A stretch of 64,000 bases of DNA from Escherichia coli. GTDB lineage: Bacteria; Pseudomonadota; Gammaproteobacteria; Enterobacterales; Enterobacteriaceae. Made by a program: the position numbers and the translations under genes. Numbering within the stretch: position 1 is the first letter of the stretch; every line of letters starts with the position of its first letter. The notes beneath the pieces were generated by a model. That model saw only the letters and a list, made by a program, of their open reading frames with translations, did not search any database and was not told where the DNA came from. The stretch lies in NCBI RefSeq assembly GCF_024298765.1, contig NZ_CP101210.1. One strand, 5' to 3'. Positions 35,950 to 48,317 of this stretch are shown piece after piece.

Positions 35950-36025
35950 TGGTGGGTCGTGCAGGATTCGAACCTGCGACCAATTGATTAAAAGTCAACT
36001 GCTCTACCAACTGAGCTAACGACCC
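35950..36025 (-). tRNA. lysQ: tRNA-Lys (UUU)
   Basis: Reverse complement is GGGTCGTTAGCTCAGTTGGTAGAGCAGTTGACTTTTAATCAATTGGTCGCAGGTTCGAATCCTGCACGACCCACCA; symbol assigned by order. Confidence 0.93.
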
Positions 36026-36058
36026 CTTGCGGGATTATGCTGCTTTAATCATTCAGGA

Positions 36059-36134
36059 TGGTGGGTCGTGCAGGATTCGAACCTGCGACCAATTGATTAA
36101 AAGTCAACTGCTCTACCAACTGAGCTAACGACCC
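36059..36134 (-). tRNA. lysZ: tRNA-Lys (UUU)
   Basis: Identical 76-nt tRNA-Lys sequence; symbol by order. Confidence 0.93.
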
Positions 36135-36182
36135 ATACGGGTGTTACCTGAAAGATTTCTACTCGGAACCAATGTTTAAAAT

Positions 36183-36258
36183 TGGTGGGTCGTGCAGGAT
36201 TCGAACCTGCGACCAATTGATTAAAAGTCAACTGCTCTACCAACTGAGCTAACGACCC
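36183..36258 (-). tRNA. lysY: tRNA-Lys (UUU)
   Basis: Identical 76-nt tRNA-Lys sequence; symbol by order. Confidence 0.93.
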
Positions 36259-36261
36259 GAG

Positions 36262-36337
36262 TGGTGGGTGATGACGGGATCGAACCGCCGACCCCCTCCT
36301 TGTAAGGGAGGTGCTCTCCCAGCTGAGCTAATCACCC
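36262..36337 (-). tRNA. valZ: tRNA-Val (UAC)
   Basis: Reverse complement is GGGTGATTAGCTCAGCTGGGAGAGCACCTCCCTTACAAGGAGGGGGTCGGCGGTTCGATCCCGTCATCACCCACCA. Confidence 0.93.
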
Positions 36338-36388
36338 GATACTGCGCTGGATACTACAAACTACTTCCACCGAACCCACAGTAATTAG

Positions 36389-36464
36389 TGGTGGGTCGTG
36401 CAGGATTCGAACCTGCGACCAATTGATTAAAAGTCAACTGCTCTACCAACTGAGCTAACGACCC
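36389..36464 (-). tRNA. lysW: tRNA-Lys (UUU)
   Basis: Identical 76-nt tRNA-Lys sequence; symbol by order. Confidence 0.93.
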
Positions 36465-36466
36465 GG

Positions 36467-36542
36467 TGGTGGGTGATGACGGGATCGAACCGCCGACCCC
36501 CTCCTTGTAAGGGAGGTGCTCTCCCAGCTGAGCTAATCACCC
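36467..36542 (-). tRNA. valT: tRNA-Val (UAC)
   Basis: Identical 76-nt tRNA-Val sequence; symbol by order. Confidence 0.93.
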
Positions 36543-36577
36543 GATACTACGCTGGATACTACAACTAACTATGTTAG

Positions 36578-36595
36578 TGGTGGGTCGTGCAGGAT
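36578..36595 (-). pseudogene. Orphan 3' fragment of tRNA-Lys (last 18 nt ATCCTGCACGACCCACCA) in the lysT-valT spacer
   Basis: tggtgggtcgtgcaggat matches only the 3' end of the tRNA-Lys genes; upstream sequence is unrelated. Confidence 0.7.
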
Positions 36596-36677
36596 GACTC
36601 GACTTCGTCTCGCCCTTCGGGCCGTTGCTGACGCAACGTTATCCTTCACGTTTTACTACCGCGTCCACCTTAGCGAT

Positions 36678-36753
36678 TGGTGGGTCGTGCAGGATTCGAA
36701 CCTGCGACCAATTGATTAAAAGTCAACTGCTCTACCAACTGAGCTAACGACCC
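36678..36753 (-). tRNA. lysT: tRNA-Lys (UUU)
   Basis: Identical 76-nt tRNA-Lys sequence; first gene of the operon. Confidence 0.93.
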
Positions 36754-36917
36754 ACTTTTTCGTTGCTTTCGGTTTGTTTGATATCCCGTGGCAACGGCGG
36801 CATATATTACTGATTTCAGACTTGAGCGCAACAAAAATTTCGATGTAGATCACTCAACTGCTTATGATTCGCACGACACGACCAGAAATAATGCGACTTC
36901 TGGTCGTGTGTTATGCA

Positions 36918-37709
36918 TTACATCGCGTTCAGACGTTTTTGCGCCTGTTTAGCGCCATCAGTACCAGGGTATTTACTGATAACCTGCTGGTATACGGCTT
37001 TCGCTTTTGCGGTGTCACCTTTGTCCTGCATGATGACGCCGACTTTAAACATCGCATCTGCAGCCTTCGGTGACTTCGGATAGTTTTTCACTACCGAAGC
37101 AAAATAATACGCCGCATCATCTTTTTTACCCTTGTTGTAGTTTAACTGACCCAGCCAATAATTGGCGTTTGGCAGGTAAGTTGAATCAGGGTAATTTTTG
37201 ATGAAATTCTGAAATGCCACCATTGCGTCATCCTGGCGGGATTTATCCTGCACCAGCGCAATAGCTGCATTGTAATCCGTGTTTGCATCACCGCTTTTCA
37301 CCGGCGCGCCAGCATTCGCAGTACCAGCATCAGCTGTCGGCGTCGTTGATGCCGCCACACCGCTTTGATCGCCGCTGGTTGATTGCGCCGCTGCACCACC
37401 GCTGCTGAGGCTGTCGATCTGCAACAGGATCTGCTTTTGCCGCTCCACGACCTGATTCAGTTGATACTGATTTTCCTGAATCTGACCACGCAGGGAATCA
37501 ATATCGGATTGATTATCAGAGAGTTGTTGCTGGAGTTGGGTTAAAAGCTGGCTGTGAGCATTAGAAATACGCTCAAGTTGAGTGACGCGGTCTTCGACCG
37601 AGCCTGAGCCGACACTACTGATTGGTGCCTGAGCAAAAGCGGCCCAGGGGGCCGCTATACCAACCAGTAACGACAGACTCAATAGTTGATGTCTGAAGTT
37701 ACTGCTCAT
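36918..37709 (-). CDS. cpoB: CpoB (YbgF) TPR periplasmic protein
   Basis: 263-aa ORF with signal peptide, coiled coil and C-terminal TPR. Confidence 0.93.
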   Translation of the reverse strand: MSSNFRHQLLSLSLLVGIAAPWAAFAQAPISSVGSGSVEDRVTQLERISNAHSQLLTQLQQQLSDNQSDIDSLRGQIQENQYQLNQVVERQKQILLQIDSLSSGGAAAQSTSGDQSGVAASTTPTADAGTANAGAPVKSGDANTDYNAAIALVQDKSRQDDAMVAFQNFIKNYPDSTYLPNANYWLGQLNYNKGKKDDAAYYFASVVKNYPKSPKAADAMFKVGVIMQDKGDTAKAKAVYQQVISKYPGTDGAKQAQKRLNAM

Positions 37710-37718
37710 GCAATTCTC

Positions 37719-38264
<546 letters not shown>

Positions 38265-38274
38265 TTAATTATTA

Positions 38275-39567
38275 TCACAGATACGGCGACCAGGCAGGGA
38301 ATTTGACCTGTCCATCAGTTGCCGGAAGACGCGCTTTGAAACGCCCATCTGTAGAAACCAAATTCAGCACGGATCCCATCCCCTGAGAAGAGCTGTAGAT
38401 TACCATAGTGCCGTTAGGTGCCAGACTTGGCGTTTCATCCAGGAACGTGGACGACAGAACTTGTACGCCTCCCGTTGCCAGATCTTGTTTGGCAATGTGC
38501 TGCTGCCCACCGTTGGAGCTGACCATTACCATAAATTTACCGTCGCTGCTGACATCCGCATCCTGGTTCTGCGAACCTTCCCAGGTAATACGTTGTGGCG
38601 CACCGCCGTTGATATTCACTTTATAAACCTGCGGACGACCGGCCTGGTCAGAAGTAAATGCCAGGTTCTGGCTGTCCGGGAACCAGGTCGGTTCGGTATT
38701 GTTACTGCGACCATCAGTTACCTGGCGGATCTGACCAGAAGCCAAATCCATTACGTACAGGTTCAGGCTACCGGTTTTCGACAAGGCGAATGCCAGTTTG
38801 CTGCCGTCTGGCGAGAATGCAGGTGCACCGTTGTGACGCGGGAATGAAGCCACCTGACGTACAGCGCCATTTGCCAGCGTCTGAATAACCAGCGCGGAAC
38901 GACCGCTTTCGAAGGTCACATAAGCCAGTTTAGAACCGTCTGGTGACCACGCCGGAGACATCAGCGGTTGCGGTGAACGGTGAACGACAAACTGGTTGTA
39001 ACCGTCATAGTCAGATACGCGCAGTTCATACGGGAACTGACCGCCGTTAGTCTGAACAACGTAGGCAATACGGGTACGGAACGCACCTTTAATACCGGTC
39101 AGTTTTTCAAATACTTCGTCACTGGCGGTATGACCAGCATAACGCAGCCACTGCTTGTTCACTTTGTACGAGTTCTGAGCAAGTACAGTACCCGGTGCGC
39201 CGCCAGTGTCAACAAGTTGATAAGCGACATTGTAAGAACCATCCGGATTCGGAGTGACCTGACCGACAACCACAGCGTCAATGCCCAGCGCGGACCATGC
39301 AGCTGGTTGTACTTCCTGCGCACTACCCGGCTGCTGTGGCAGACGAGCACGATCTAACGGATTAAATTTACCGCTGTTACGCAAGTCAGCAGCAACGATG
39401 CCGCCAATATCTTCAGGTGCCGCACCAGGCCCCGCCCACTGGAAAGGAACAACACCAATAGGACGACCGGAATCTACACCGCTGTCGATCACAATGCGGA
39501 CTTCAGCATGCAGAACTGATGCCCACAGTATGAGAAAACCAAATGCTACTCGTAATGCCTGCTTCAT
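38275..39567 (-). CDS. tolB: TolB periplasmic beta-propeller
   Basis: [30 protein letters not shown]; 430 aa. Confidence 0.95.
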   Translation of the reverse strand: MKQALRVAFGFLILWASVLHAEVRIVIDSGVDSGRPIGVVPFQWAGPGAAPEDIGGIVAADLRNSGKFNPLDRARLPQQPGSAQEVQPAAWSALGIDAVVVGQVTPNPDGSYNVAYQLVDTGGAPGTVLAQNSYKVNKQWLRYAGHTASDEVFEKLTGIKGAFRTRIAYVVQTNGGQFPYELRVSDYDGYNQFVVHRSPQPLMSPAWSPDGSKLAYVTFESGRSALVIQTLANGAVRQVASFPRHNGAPAFSPDGSKLAFALSKTGSLNLYVMDLASGQIRQVTDGRSNNTEPTWFPDSQNLAFTSDQAGRPQVYKVNINGGAPQRITWEGSQNQDADVSSDGKFMVMVSSNGGQQHIAKQDLATGGVQVLSSTFLDETPSLAPNGTMVIYSSSQGMGSVLNLVSTDGRFKARLPATDGQVKFPAWSPYL

Positions 39568-39699
39568 CATATCTCCCTTATCTGGACCGATGGCCCACGA
39601 TAATTTAGCAGAATGTTAACAAACTAAAATACACAAAACTACCAGAACCCCGTAGCAACCGGTGCCTGATGTTGACCGTCGGAACAGTCAACATCGCGA

Positions 39700-40989
39700 T
39701 TACGGTTTGAAGTCCAATGGCGCGTTTTTGAACACTTCATATACTGCCTGGCTTGGTGGTTTCGGGATCTTCGCAAGTTTAGCTGCTGCCAACGCAGCTT
39801 GACAAAGTGCGGGATCGCCACCTTCAGGTTTGATATCCAGTAACATACCATCGGGTGCCAGTTTTATGCGCAGCGTACAGGTTTTGCCTGCATAGGACGA
39901 TGCGTCATAGAACTTACTTTCGATAGCAGATTTAATCTGCCCGGCATAGTTATTGATATCGGCCCCTGATGCGCCATTGTTTTTAGTATTACCACTCCCG
40001 GCAGGCGAAGCATTGTTCCCTTTCGCCCCTCCCCCCGTTTTCGGTGCATTCTTACCAGAGCTTAGCTCACCGAAAATATCATCTGCCTCTGCGGCAGCTT
40101 TTGCTGCAGCGGCTTTTTCAGCTGCTGCTTTTGCCGCTGCCGCTTTTTTGTCTGCGGCGGCTTTTTCTGCCGCTGCTTTCTTATCAGCTGCTGCCTTTTC
40201 AGCAGCCGCTTTTTCTGCTGCTTTTTTGTCGGCTGCCGCTTTCTCTGCTGCCGCTTTCTTATCAGCTGCAGCCTTTTCAGCAGCCGCTTTCTTCTCAGCT
40301 TCTGCCTTGGCTTTTTCAGCAGCTTCGGTTGCCGCTTTCTTTCTTGCTTCAGCTGCAGCTGCTTCTGTCGCTTCAGCTTTCTTCTTCAGCGCCGCAGCAG
40401 CAGCCTCGGCTTTTTTCTGCGCTTCGACTGCGGCTTTGGCGGCTTCTGCTTCTGCTTTTTTCTTCGCGTCTGCCGCCGCTTTCTTCGCTGCTTCTTCCGC
40501 AGCTTTAGCATCCGCTTCGGCCTTCGCTTTAGCATCCGCTTCGGCCTTCGCTTTAGCATCTGCCGCCGCTTTCGCTGCCGCCTCTTCCGCTTGCTTCTGC
40601 TTTAACTCGGCCTGTTTTGCGGCTTCTTCAGCCTGCTTTTTCTGCTCCTGAGCCGCTAACCGCTCTTTCTCAAGTTGCTTCAGGCGTTCCTGTTCAGCCG
40701 CTTGTTTCTCACGCAGTTCTTCAGCAGCCTGCTGCTCCTTCATCTTGCGCTGCTCATCAGAACGCTTCGCGCTTGATTCCTGGCTTTGCATACGTTTGTA
40801 CTGCTCAACTACCGCACCTGAATCAACCATGACAGCGTCGATGGACGAACCACCGCCGCCTCCGGCTGAAGCTTCTATATTCTCATCGAACGAACTCCAG
40901 ATCAGCGCCGCAAATAAGATGACATGCAGCACTGCTGAAATAATTATCGCCCGCTTGAGCTTGTCGTTTTGTTCGGTTGCCTTTGACAC
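39700..40989 (-). CDS. tolA: TolA (429 aa here, GTG start)
   Basis: MSKATEQNDKLKRAIIISAVLHVILFAALIW followed by long Ala/Lys/Glu-rich helical domain and C-terminal domain. Confidence 0.95.
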   Translation of the reverse strand: MSKATEQNDKLKRAIIISAVLHVILFAALIWSSFDENIEASAGGGGGSSIDAVMVDSGAVVEQYKRMQSQESSAKRSDEQRKMKEQQAAEELREKQAAEQERLKQLEKERLAAQEQKKQAEEAAKQAELKQKQAEEAAAKAAADAKAKAEADAKAKAEADAKAAEEAAKKAAADAKKKAEAEAAKAAVEAQKKAEAAAAALKKKAEATEAAAAEARKKAATEAAEKAKAEAEKKAAAEKAAADKKAAAEKAAADKKAAEKAAAEKAAADKKAAAEKAAADKKAAAAKAAAEKAAAAKAAAEADDIFGELSSGKNAPKTGGGAKGNNASPAGSGNTKNNGASGADINNYAGQIKSAIESKFYDASSYAGKTCTLRIKLAPDGMLLDIKPEGGDPALCQAALAAAKLAKIPKPPSQAVYEVFKNAPLDFKP

Positions 40990-41053
40990 TCTCGGTTTCC
41001 AAAAACTGTTCGCCTGTTACCCGCTCTCTTTCAAGCAAGGGAAACGCAGATGT

Positions 41054-41482
41054 TTAGATAGGCTGCGTCATTAAACCAACCGATTTCACACCCGCACTAT
41101 GTAACAAGTTCAGTGCTTTAATTATTTCATCGTAAGGCACATCTTTTGCGCCACCGATCAGAAAGACCGTTTTCGGGTTGGCCTTGAAACGGCTGGACAC
41201 TTCCGCCACCACCTGCTCTGGTGGTAAACGCTCCAGACGATCTTTCTCAACCACCACGGTGTACTGACCAATACCAGACACTTCAACAATCACTGGCGGA
41301 TTATCGTTACTGCTCACCGCCTGTGATTCAGTAGCGTCTGGCAGATCGACCTCCACGCTCTGGGTGATGATGGGCGCTGTCGCCATAAAGATCAGCAACA
41401 GCACCAGCAGTACGTCCAGCAACGGTACAATGTTGATTTCGGACTTGAGATCGCGACGACCTCGTCCACGCGCTCTGGCCAT
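41054..41482 (-). CDS. tolR: TolR
   Basis: 142-aa ORF MARARGRGRRDLKSEINIVPLLDVLLVLLLIFMATAPI. Confidence 0.95.
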   Translation of the reverse strand: MARARGRGRRDLKSEINIVPLLDVLLVLLLIFMATAPIITQSVEVDLPDATESQAVSSNDNPPVIVEVSGIGQYTVVVEKDRLERLPPEQVVAEVSSRFKANPKTVFLIGGAKDVPYDEIIKALNLLHSAGVKSVGLMTQPI

Positions 41483-41485
41483 GGC

Positions 41486-42579
<1,094 letters not shown>

Positions 42580-42728
42580 TTTACATCCCGGTAATGCAAC
42601 AAAAGTTAGAGCTTTTAAACGCTGCTACTATACGCGCGCGATTGAGGTTTGGGAATGAGGGCAAGTTAAGGGAGCGTAAAAATTTATGGGCCTGACTCGG
42701 CCCATAAATTTTTAAAGAGAATTCTGAT

Positions 42729-43022
42729 TTAAAAGAAGAAGAAAATCAGCCCGACAATGAGAACAATATCGGCAAGCAATGGGCAAAAAATCCCTTGCCA
42801 GAGAACCTTCTGCGGACGAAAGCCCACGCCGTGAATCACACCAGCACAGACGGCCCACATCAGCAGTAAACCATGCCAGATTTCCAGTTCACTGGTCTTC
42901 GCGGCGAAACGTGATGGGTCCCAAAACATACATCCTGCTAACAGAAGTGCCATCACGAAGGAAAGCGCCCGCAGGGGGCGCTTGTCCATTACCGCATACA
43001 AGGTTGCGATAATCTTACTCAT
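42729..43022 (-). CDS. ybgE: YbgE small membrane protein
   Basis: 97-aa ORF downstream of cydX. Confidence 0.9.
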   Translation of the reverse strand: MSKIIATLYAVMDKRPLRALSFVMALLLAGCMFWDPSRFAAKTSELEIWHGLLLMWAVCAGVIHGVGFRPQKVLWQGIFCPLLADIVLIVGLIFFFF

Positions 43023-43135
43023 CAGATGTCTTCTTGACCGGCTTTGCCTGATTCGACGTGCTCAAGCGCCAGCGCGGTGATTACCCCAAACGAACAGGCA
43101 AGAAGCGTTCCCAGAATCCATGCGAAATACCACAT
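43022..43135 (-). CDS. cydX: CydX, 37-aa cytochrome bd subunit
   Basis: Reverse-strand ORF MWYFAWILGTLLACSFGVITALALEHVESGKAGQEDI; below track cutoff. Confidence 0.88.
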   Translation of the reverse strand: MWYFAWILGTLLACSFGVITALALEHVESGKAGQEDI

Positions 43136-43149
43136 TTTTAGCTCCTTAC

Positions 43150-44289
43150 TTAGTACAGAGAGTGGGTGTTACGTTCAATATCTTCTTTGGTGATACGACC
43201 GAACATTTTCCAGTAACACCAGGCGGTGTAGAGCAGAATGATCGGTACCAGAACCACCGCAACCCAGGTCATGACGTTAAGCGTCAGCTGGCTGGAAGTT
43301 GCATCCCACATTGTCAGACTTGCGTTCATCATGGTGCTGGACGGCATCACAAACGGGAACATTGCGATACCGGCAGTCAGGATGATGCAGGCCAGCGTCA
43401 GGGAGGAGAACACAAACGCCCACGCGGCTTTATCCATACGTGCAGTCAGGATGGTCAGCAGCGGCAGAACCACACCCAGTGCCGGAATAGCCCACAGAAT
43501 TGGCGTGTTGTTGAAGTTAACCAGCCATGCGCCAGCTTCACGAACCACTTCTTTATTCAGCGGGTTAGAGGCTGCGTAATGGTCCATTGTCGATTTCACG
43601 ACATAACCATCGATACCGTACATCACCCATACGCCAGCCAGTGCGAAGCAGACCAGCGTCACCAGTGCCGCCACCTGAGCCGTTGCACGGGTACGCAGGT
43701 GCAGTTCGCCCACGGTACGCATTTGCAGATAGGTTGCGCCCTGAGTAATGATCATCCCTACGCTCACCACACCTGCCAGCAGGCCGAACGGGTTAAGCAG
43801 CTGGAAGAAGTTACCGGTGTAGTACAGACGCAGATATTCATCAACGTTGAATGGTACGCCCTGCAACAGGTTACCGAACGCTACACCAATCACCAGCGGC
43901 GGAACGAAGCTACCAATGAAGATGCCCCAGTCCCACATGTTACGCCAGCGGGTTTCTTCAATCTTGGAGCGGTAATCAAAACCGACCGGACGGAAGAACA
44001 AAGACGCCAGCACGAGGATCATCGCCACATAGAAGCCGGAGAACGCAGCGGCATAGACCATCGGCCAGGCAGCAAACAGTGCGCCGCCTGCGGTGATCAG
44101 CCAAACCTGGTTACCGTCCCAGTGTGGTGCGATGGAGTTAATCATAATTCGACGCTCGGTGTCGTTACGACCGAGGAAACGGGTGAGCATGCCCACCCCC
44201 ATGTCGAAACCGTCAGTGACTGCAAAACCAATCAGCAGAACGCCAACCAGCAGCCACCAGATAAAACGCAATACTTCATAATCGATCAT
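43150..44289 (-). CDS. cydB: Cytochrome bd-I oxidase subunit II
   Basis: 379-aa ORF MIDYEVLRFIWWLLVGVLLIGFAVTDGFDMGVG. Confidence 0.96.
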   Translation of the reverse strand: MIDYEVLRFIWWLLVGVLLIGFAVTDGFDMGVGMLTRFLGRNDTERRIMINSIAPHWDGNQVWLITAGGALFAAWPMVYAAAFSGFYVAMILVLASLFFRPVGFDYRSKIEETRWRNMWDWGIFIGSFVPPLVIGVAFGNLLQGVPFNVDEYLRLYYTGNFFQLLNPFGLLAGVVSVGMIITQGATYLQMRTVGELHLRTRATAQVAALVTLVCFALAGVWVMYGIDGYVVKSTMDHYAASNPLNKEVVREAGAWLVNFNNTPILWAIPALGVVLPLLTILTARMDKAAWAFVFSSLTLACIILTAGIAMFPFVMPSSTMMNASLTMWDATSSQLTLNVMTWVAVVLVPIILLYTAWCYWKMFGRITKEDIERNTHSLY

Positions 44290-44304
44290 TTGACGACTCC
44301 TGTC

Positions 44305-45873
44305 TTAGCGTGCCGGCTGAGTAGTCGTGGAAGACTGCTCAAAGTGATAGCGACCGGTTTTCAGGCTGCTTGGGCCGAGGCGTGCAAACTTGAACATTAA
44401 GAACAATTCTGCCACCAGGAACAGGGTATACAGGCCGCAAATCAGCACCATTGAGAAGATGAGATCGCCTGCGGTCAGTGACGAATTCGCCACAGCTGTC
44501 GGCAGCACTTCACCGATAGCCCACGGTTGGCGGCCATATTCAGCCACGAACCAGCCCGCTTCTACAGCAATCCACGGCAGCGGAATACCGTACAGCGCGG
44601 CGCGCAGCAGCCATTTTTTCTCGCCAATGCGGTTGCGGATGACACTCCAGAAAGAGAGCGCAATGATTGCCAGCAGCAGGAAGCCACACGCCACCATGAT
44701 ACGGAACGCGAAGTACAGCGGCGCTACACGCGGAATGGAGTCTTTGGTTGCCTGTTGAATCTGAGCTTCAGTCGCATCAGCCACGTTTGGCGTATAGCGT
44801 TTCAGCAGCAGACCGTAACCGAGATCTTTCTTCATGCTATTGAACTGGTCACGAACGGCCTGGTCAGTAGAACCAGAACGCAGTTGTTCGAGCAGAGAGT
44901 ACGCCTTCATCCCGTTACGAATGCGTTCTTCATGCTGCACCATCAGTTCTTTCAGGCCGATAACTGGAGTATCCACGGAACGCGTTGCAATGATGCCCAG
45001 CGCGTAAGGGATCTGGATCGCAAATTTGTTCGTCTCCTCTTCCTGATCAGGAATGCCGAACAGAGTAAAGGCAGCAGGTGCAGGTTGCGTTTCCCACTCG
45101 GCTTCGATAGCAGCCAGTTTGGTTTTCTGCACGTCGCCCATTTCGTAACCGGATTCATCACCCAGAACAATAACAGACAGAACGGCAGCCATACCGAAGC
45201 TGGCAGCGATAGCAAAGGAGCGTTTAGCGAAGGCGAAGTCACGACCTTTCAGCATATACCATGCGCTGATACCGAGGATGAACATTGCGCCAGTCACATA
45301 ACCAGAAGCTACGGTGTGAACGAATTTCACCTGAGCAACCGGGTTAAGCACCAGCTCGGAGAAGCTCACCATCTCCATACGCATAGTTTCAAAGTTGAAA
45401 TCGGACGCGATTGGGTTTTGCATCCAGCCGTTTGCAACCAGAATCCACAGTGCGGACAGGTTTGAACCGAGCGCCACCAGCCAGGTGACACACATATGCT
45501 GAACTTTACCCAGACGATCCCAACCGAAGAAGAACAGACCTACAAAGGTGGATTCGAGGAAGAAGGCCATCAGACCTTCGATTGCCAGCGGCGCACCGAA
45601 GATATCCCCTACATAGTGGGAATAGTAAGACCAGTTAGTCCCGAACTGGAACTCCATGGTCAGACCGGTAGCCACACCCAGAGCAAAGTTGATACCAAAC
45701 AACTTGCCCCAGAACTTGGTCATATCTTTATAAATCTGTTTGCCGGAAAGAACGTAGACCGTTTCCATAATGGCCAGCAGGAACGCCATACCGAGCGTCA
45801 GTGGCACAAAAAGGAAGTGGTACATCGCGGTCAAGGCAAACTGTAAGCGCGACAGTTCGACTATATCTAACAT
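44305..45873 (-). CDS. cydA: Cytochrome bd-I oxidase subunit I
   Basis: [70 protein letters not shown]; 522 aa. Confidence 0.96.
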
Positions 45874-47201
45874 CATGACTCCTTGCTCATCGCATGAAGA
45901 CTCCGAGAGTGAACCCCGTTAGAAAGGGTCACACGCATGCCCCAATACAAAATTATTTGCTCGCCTCTATCGTTGCCATTTCATCAAAAGAGGAAAAGAC
46001 AATGATAAAAAAGTTACAAATGTGTTAATGAATAAACCAAATTGATCCCGTAATTATATTACGCCGCAAAATCCTTACAATAAACAGGTTTTTATTGAGC
46101 AAATTTGCATTTTTCGACAGTGATCAATTTATAGCGAAATTGTCACGATCTCACCAATTTGATCTACAACAATTTATCGTGTTTTGCAGATTTTTTTCAA
46201 GAATTAAAAATTGATTTATATCAAAATCAACCATATATGTTAATTATGTGTGAATCATGAGCCACTGGTAACTTTATTGTTAATTTATTGTAACAAAATA
46301 GCACAGTAAAATTACCCACATGGAAATATATAGATAAAAAACCAGTATTTTATTTAACAGAGCCGCTTTATCGACTTTTTATAATACTAATTAGTTAGAG
46401 TAGCTACTTTATTGCCATTTTACATAACATATTTTTATCAACGTTAATTGATTGTTGTCTTTATGAGCAACGTACTGTAAATCCGTCACTTATTGTTTCA
46501 TTGGTAATAATCACAAGAAGAAATAGATACCTTAGGTATAGTCAGATGGAACAAGGATTTTCAAAATAAAATATATATGGTATTAATATTTCCCGATCTG
46601 TATTCAATGATTAGCTCAAAGATTGAAAATCAAGAGAAATTGTTATAGCAGTGATACGAAACAACAAAACGGAATGATTGCCAGCCGTTAGAAAACACCG
46701 GACACTCTCGTGTAAAAAGCTACCCTGTCTATGGATATAGCGATATCAACTCATCAAGCGTGGACTGAATGATATTCAGCTCCATATGGGCGGCAACCTG
46801 GAGGATAAACATGATTTCGCCGTTGGAATCAAGGTTGTTCTGCAATATCTACCAGACTGCTTCAATTTATCTGTTTTGGCAGTGCCATAATCTTAATTTA
46901 ACTATTTGAAGATGATGATATTGTAAGATGCCAGAAATTTAGTAATCTGGAGAACCATGTTTACGATCACTAAATATTAAAGTAATAGTCGATAATTCAG
47001 TAACACATCGGGTAATATAATGTATTGATACATAATCATATTAAAAATTCGTGATTAAATAACATAAGAATATGTTTTATTATCATTAAAAAACCTTCTA
47101 TTTCCATCATCCTTAAGATAATAGAACAGTGAATGATGGATAACTTCACCAGAAAAACAAGCAAGAATATAAAATTTAAAAATATGATTCCACTTTCATT
47201 G

Positions 47202-48317
47202 TTATAAAATGGCATCGTGAAGAGCGAGTTGATAATACTGCAATGCATCAGCGTCCTGTCCAGCAGTTTCATAAATTTTGGCAATGTTATAATAGGAGTT
47301 AGCGCGCATTGTCGCCGCATTTGCTCCACTGGCTAACGAGATCGCTTTACGATTTGCCCAAATTGCTTCCGCGATGTTGCCATTTTTCTGATACGCCAGC
47401 CCCAGGTTACTAAATGCCTGTCCGTAATTGCCGTCTAATTCTGTTGCCTGTTGGAAGAGTTGAATGGCTTGCTCAAGTTGACCGGTTTTATAAACAGCTT
47501 CACCTTCGCGATTATATTTTCTTGCCAGTTGAGTATCTCCACTGTTTTGCATCGCAGGTGAAGCCGGAGTTGAAGAACCCGTCGCAGGCATTATCACAGT
47601 GGCTAAATCCCTGACGCCTAATGTGGTGTCGTTAAAATTGGCGCTGGTAACAGAGTTGATATCTTCAAACTCGCCGTTTGGATTGAGTTTAAACACGGTC
47701 CAGATGTTCCCTCGTTTTCCAGCAGGGACACTATAACTACGCACCAGGGAGCTCCCTACATAAACAAACACTTTTGCCTTACTGGCAGAGAGATAATTAC
47801 TGTTGGGCAACCCTTTGTTGCTATAGTCCTGCACGGCATAGATGTAACTTTCGCCAAAATGCTTTTTGCTGATAGTGACAGTTTCTGATCCATAGCTATC
47901 CGTATCATCAACATCCAGATTAGCATCAGTCCCCTCTTTACTATCAAAATAGATATGTCCGCCAGGGAAGATCAAATGTGAATCAAGATCAAAAGGCTTT
48001 TCGCCCCAGCTCAAAACTACACGCATGCCATCCAGACTAGTCATTGCCGGACTAATCGCATAAGTCATGCCAGCACACGAACATTTGACCACCAGATTAG
48101 AATAGCCCTCTTTTTTGACGATCAATAAAGCATCTTGATCATCAGCAAATGTAGAACCCAGATTAACGCTGCCCGATGCATTTGTGGTTCCAGAAACAGA
48201 TTGTGCGCCATTGCGTTGCAGCGTCACCGATACTCCCTCAATGCGTTTATCTTTCACTGTCGCACTTAAAATATCGATATTTACATCGGCCGCATAAACG
48301 TCCGAATTTACACCCAT
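47202..48317 (-). CDS. Hypothetical protein with C-terminal TPR repeats in the position K-12 has mngRAB; N-terminal start uncertain
   Basis: 371-aa ORF; C-terminal ...AIQLFQQATELDGNYGQAFSNLGLAYQKNGNIAEAIWANRKAISL...ALQYYQLALHDAIL. Confidence 0.6.
   Translation of the reverse strand: MGVNSDVYAADVNIDILSATVKDKRIEGVSVTLQRNGAQSVSGTTNASGSVNLGSTFADDQDALLIVKKEGYSNLVVKCSCAGMTYAISPAMTSLDGMRVVLSWGEKPFDLDSHLIFPGGHIYFDSKEGTDANLDVDDTDSYGSETVTISKKHFGESYIYAVQDYSNKGLPNSNYLSASKAKVFVYVGSSLVRSYSVPAGKRGNIWTVFKLNPNGEFEDINSVTSANFNDTTLGVRDLATVIMPATGSSTPASPAMQNSGDTQLARKYNREGEAVYKTGQLEQAIQLFQQATELDGNYGQAFSNLGLAYQKNGNIAEAIWANRKAISLASGANAATMRANSYYNIAKIYETAGQDADALQYYQLALHDAIL

Noticed and set aside
39953-40651. Long plus-strand ORFs (232 aa and 154 aa, Ala/Leu-rich) inside tolA
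   Set aside because: Antisense reading of the repetitive Ala/Lys/Glu-coding tolA domain II; tolA on the minus strand is unambiguous
43120-45465. Plus-strand ORFs of 426 aa and 312 aa over cydB/cydA
   Set aside because: Antisense to well-supported cydAB membrane subunits
47036-47329. 97-aa minus-strand ORF overlapping the 3' end of the TPR gene
   Set aside because: AT-rich low-complexity reading (Ile/Leu/Phe-rich), out of frame with the TPR ORF, no RBS; likely spurious
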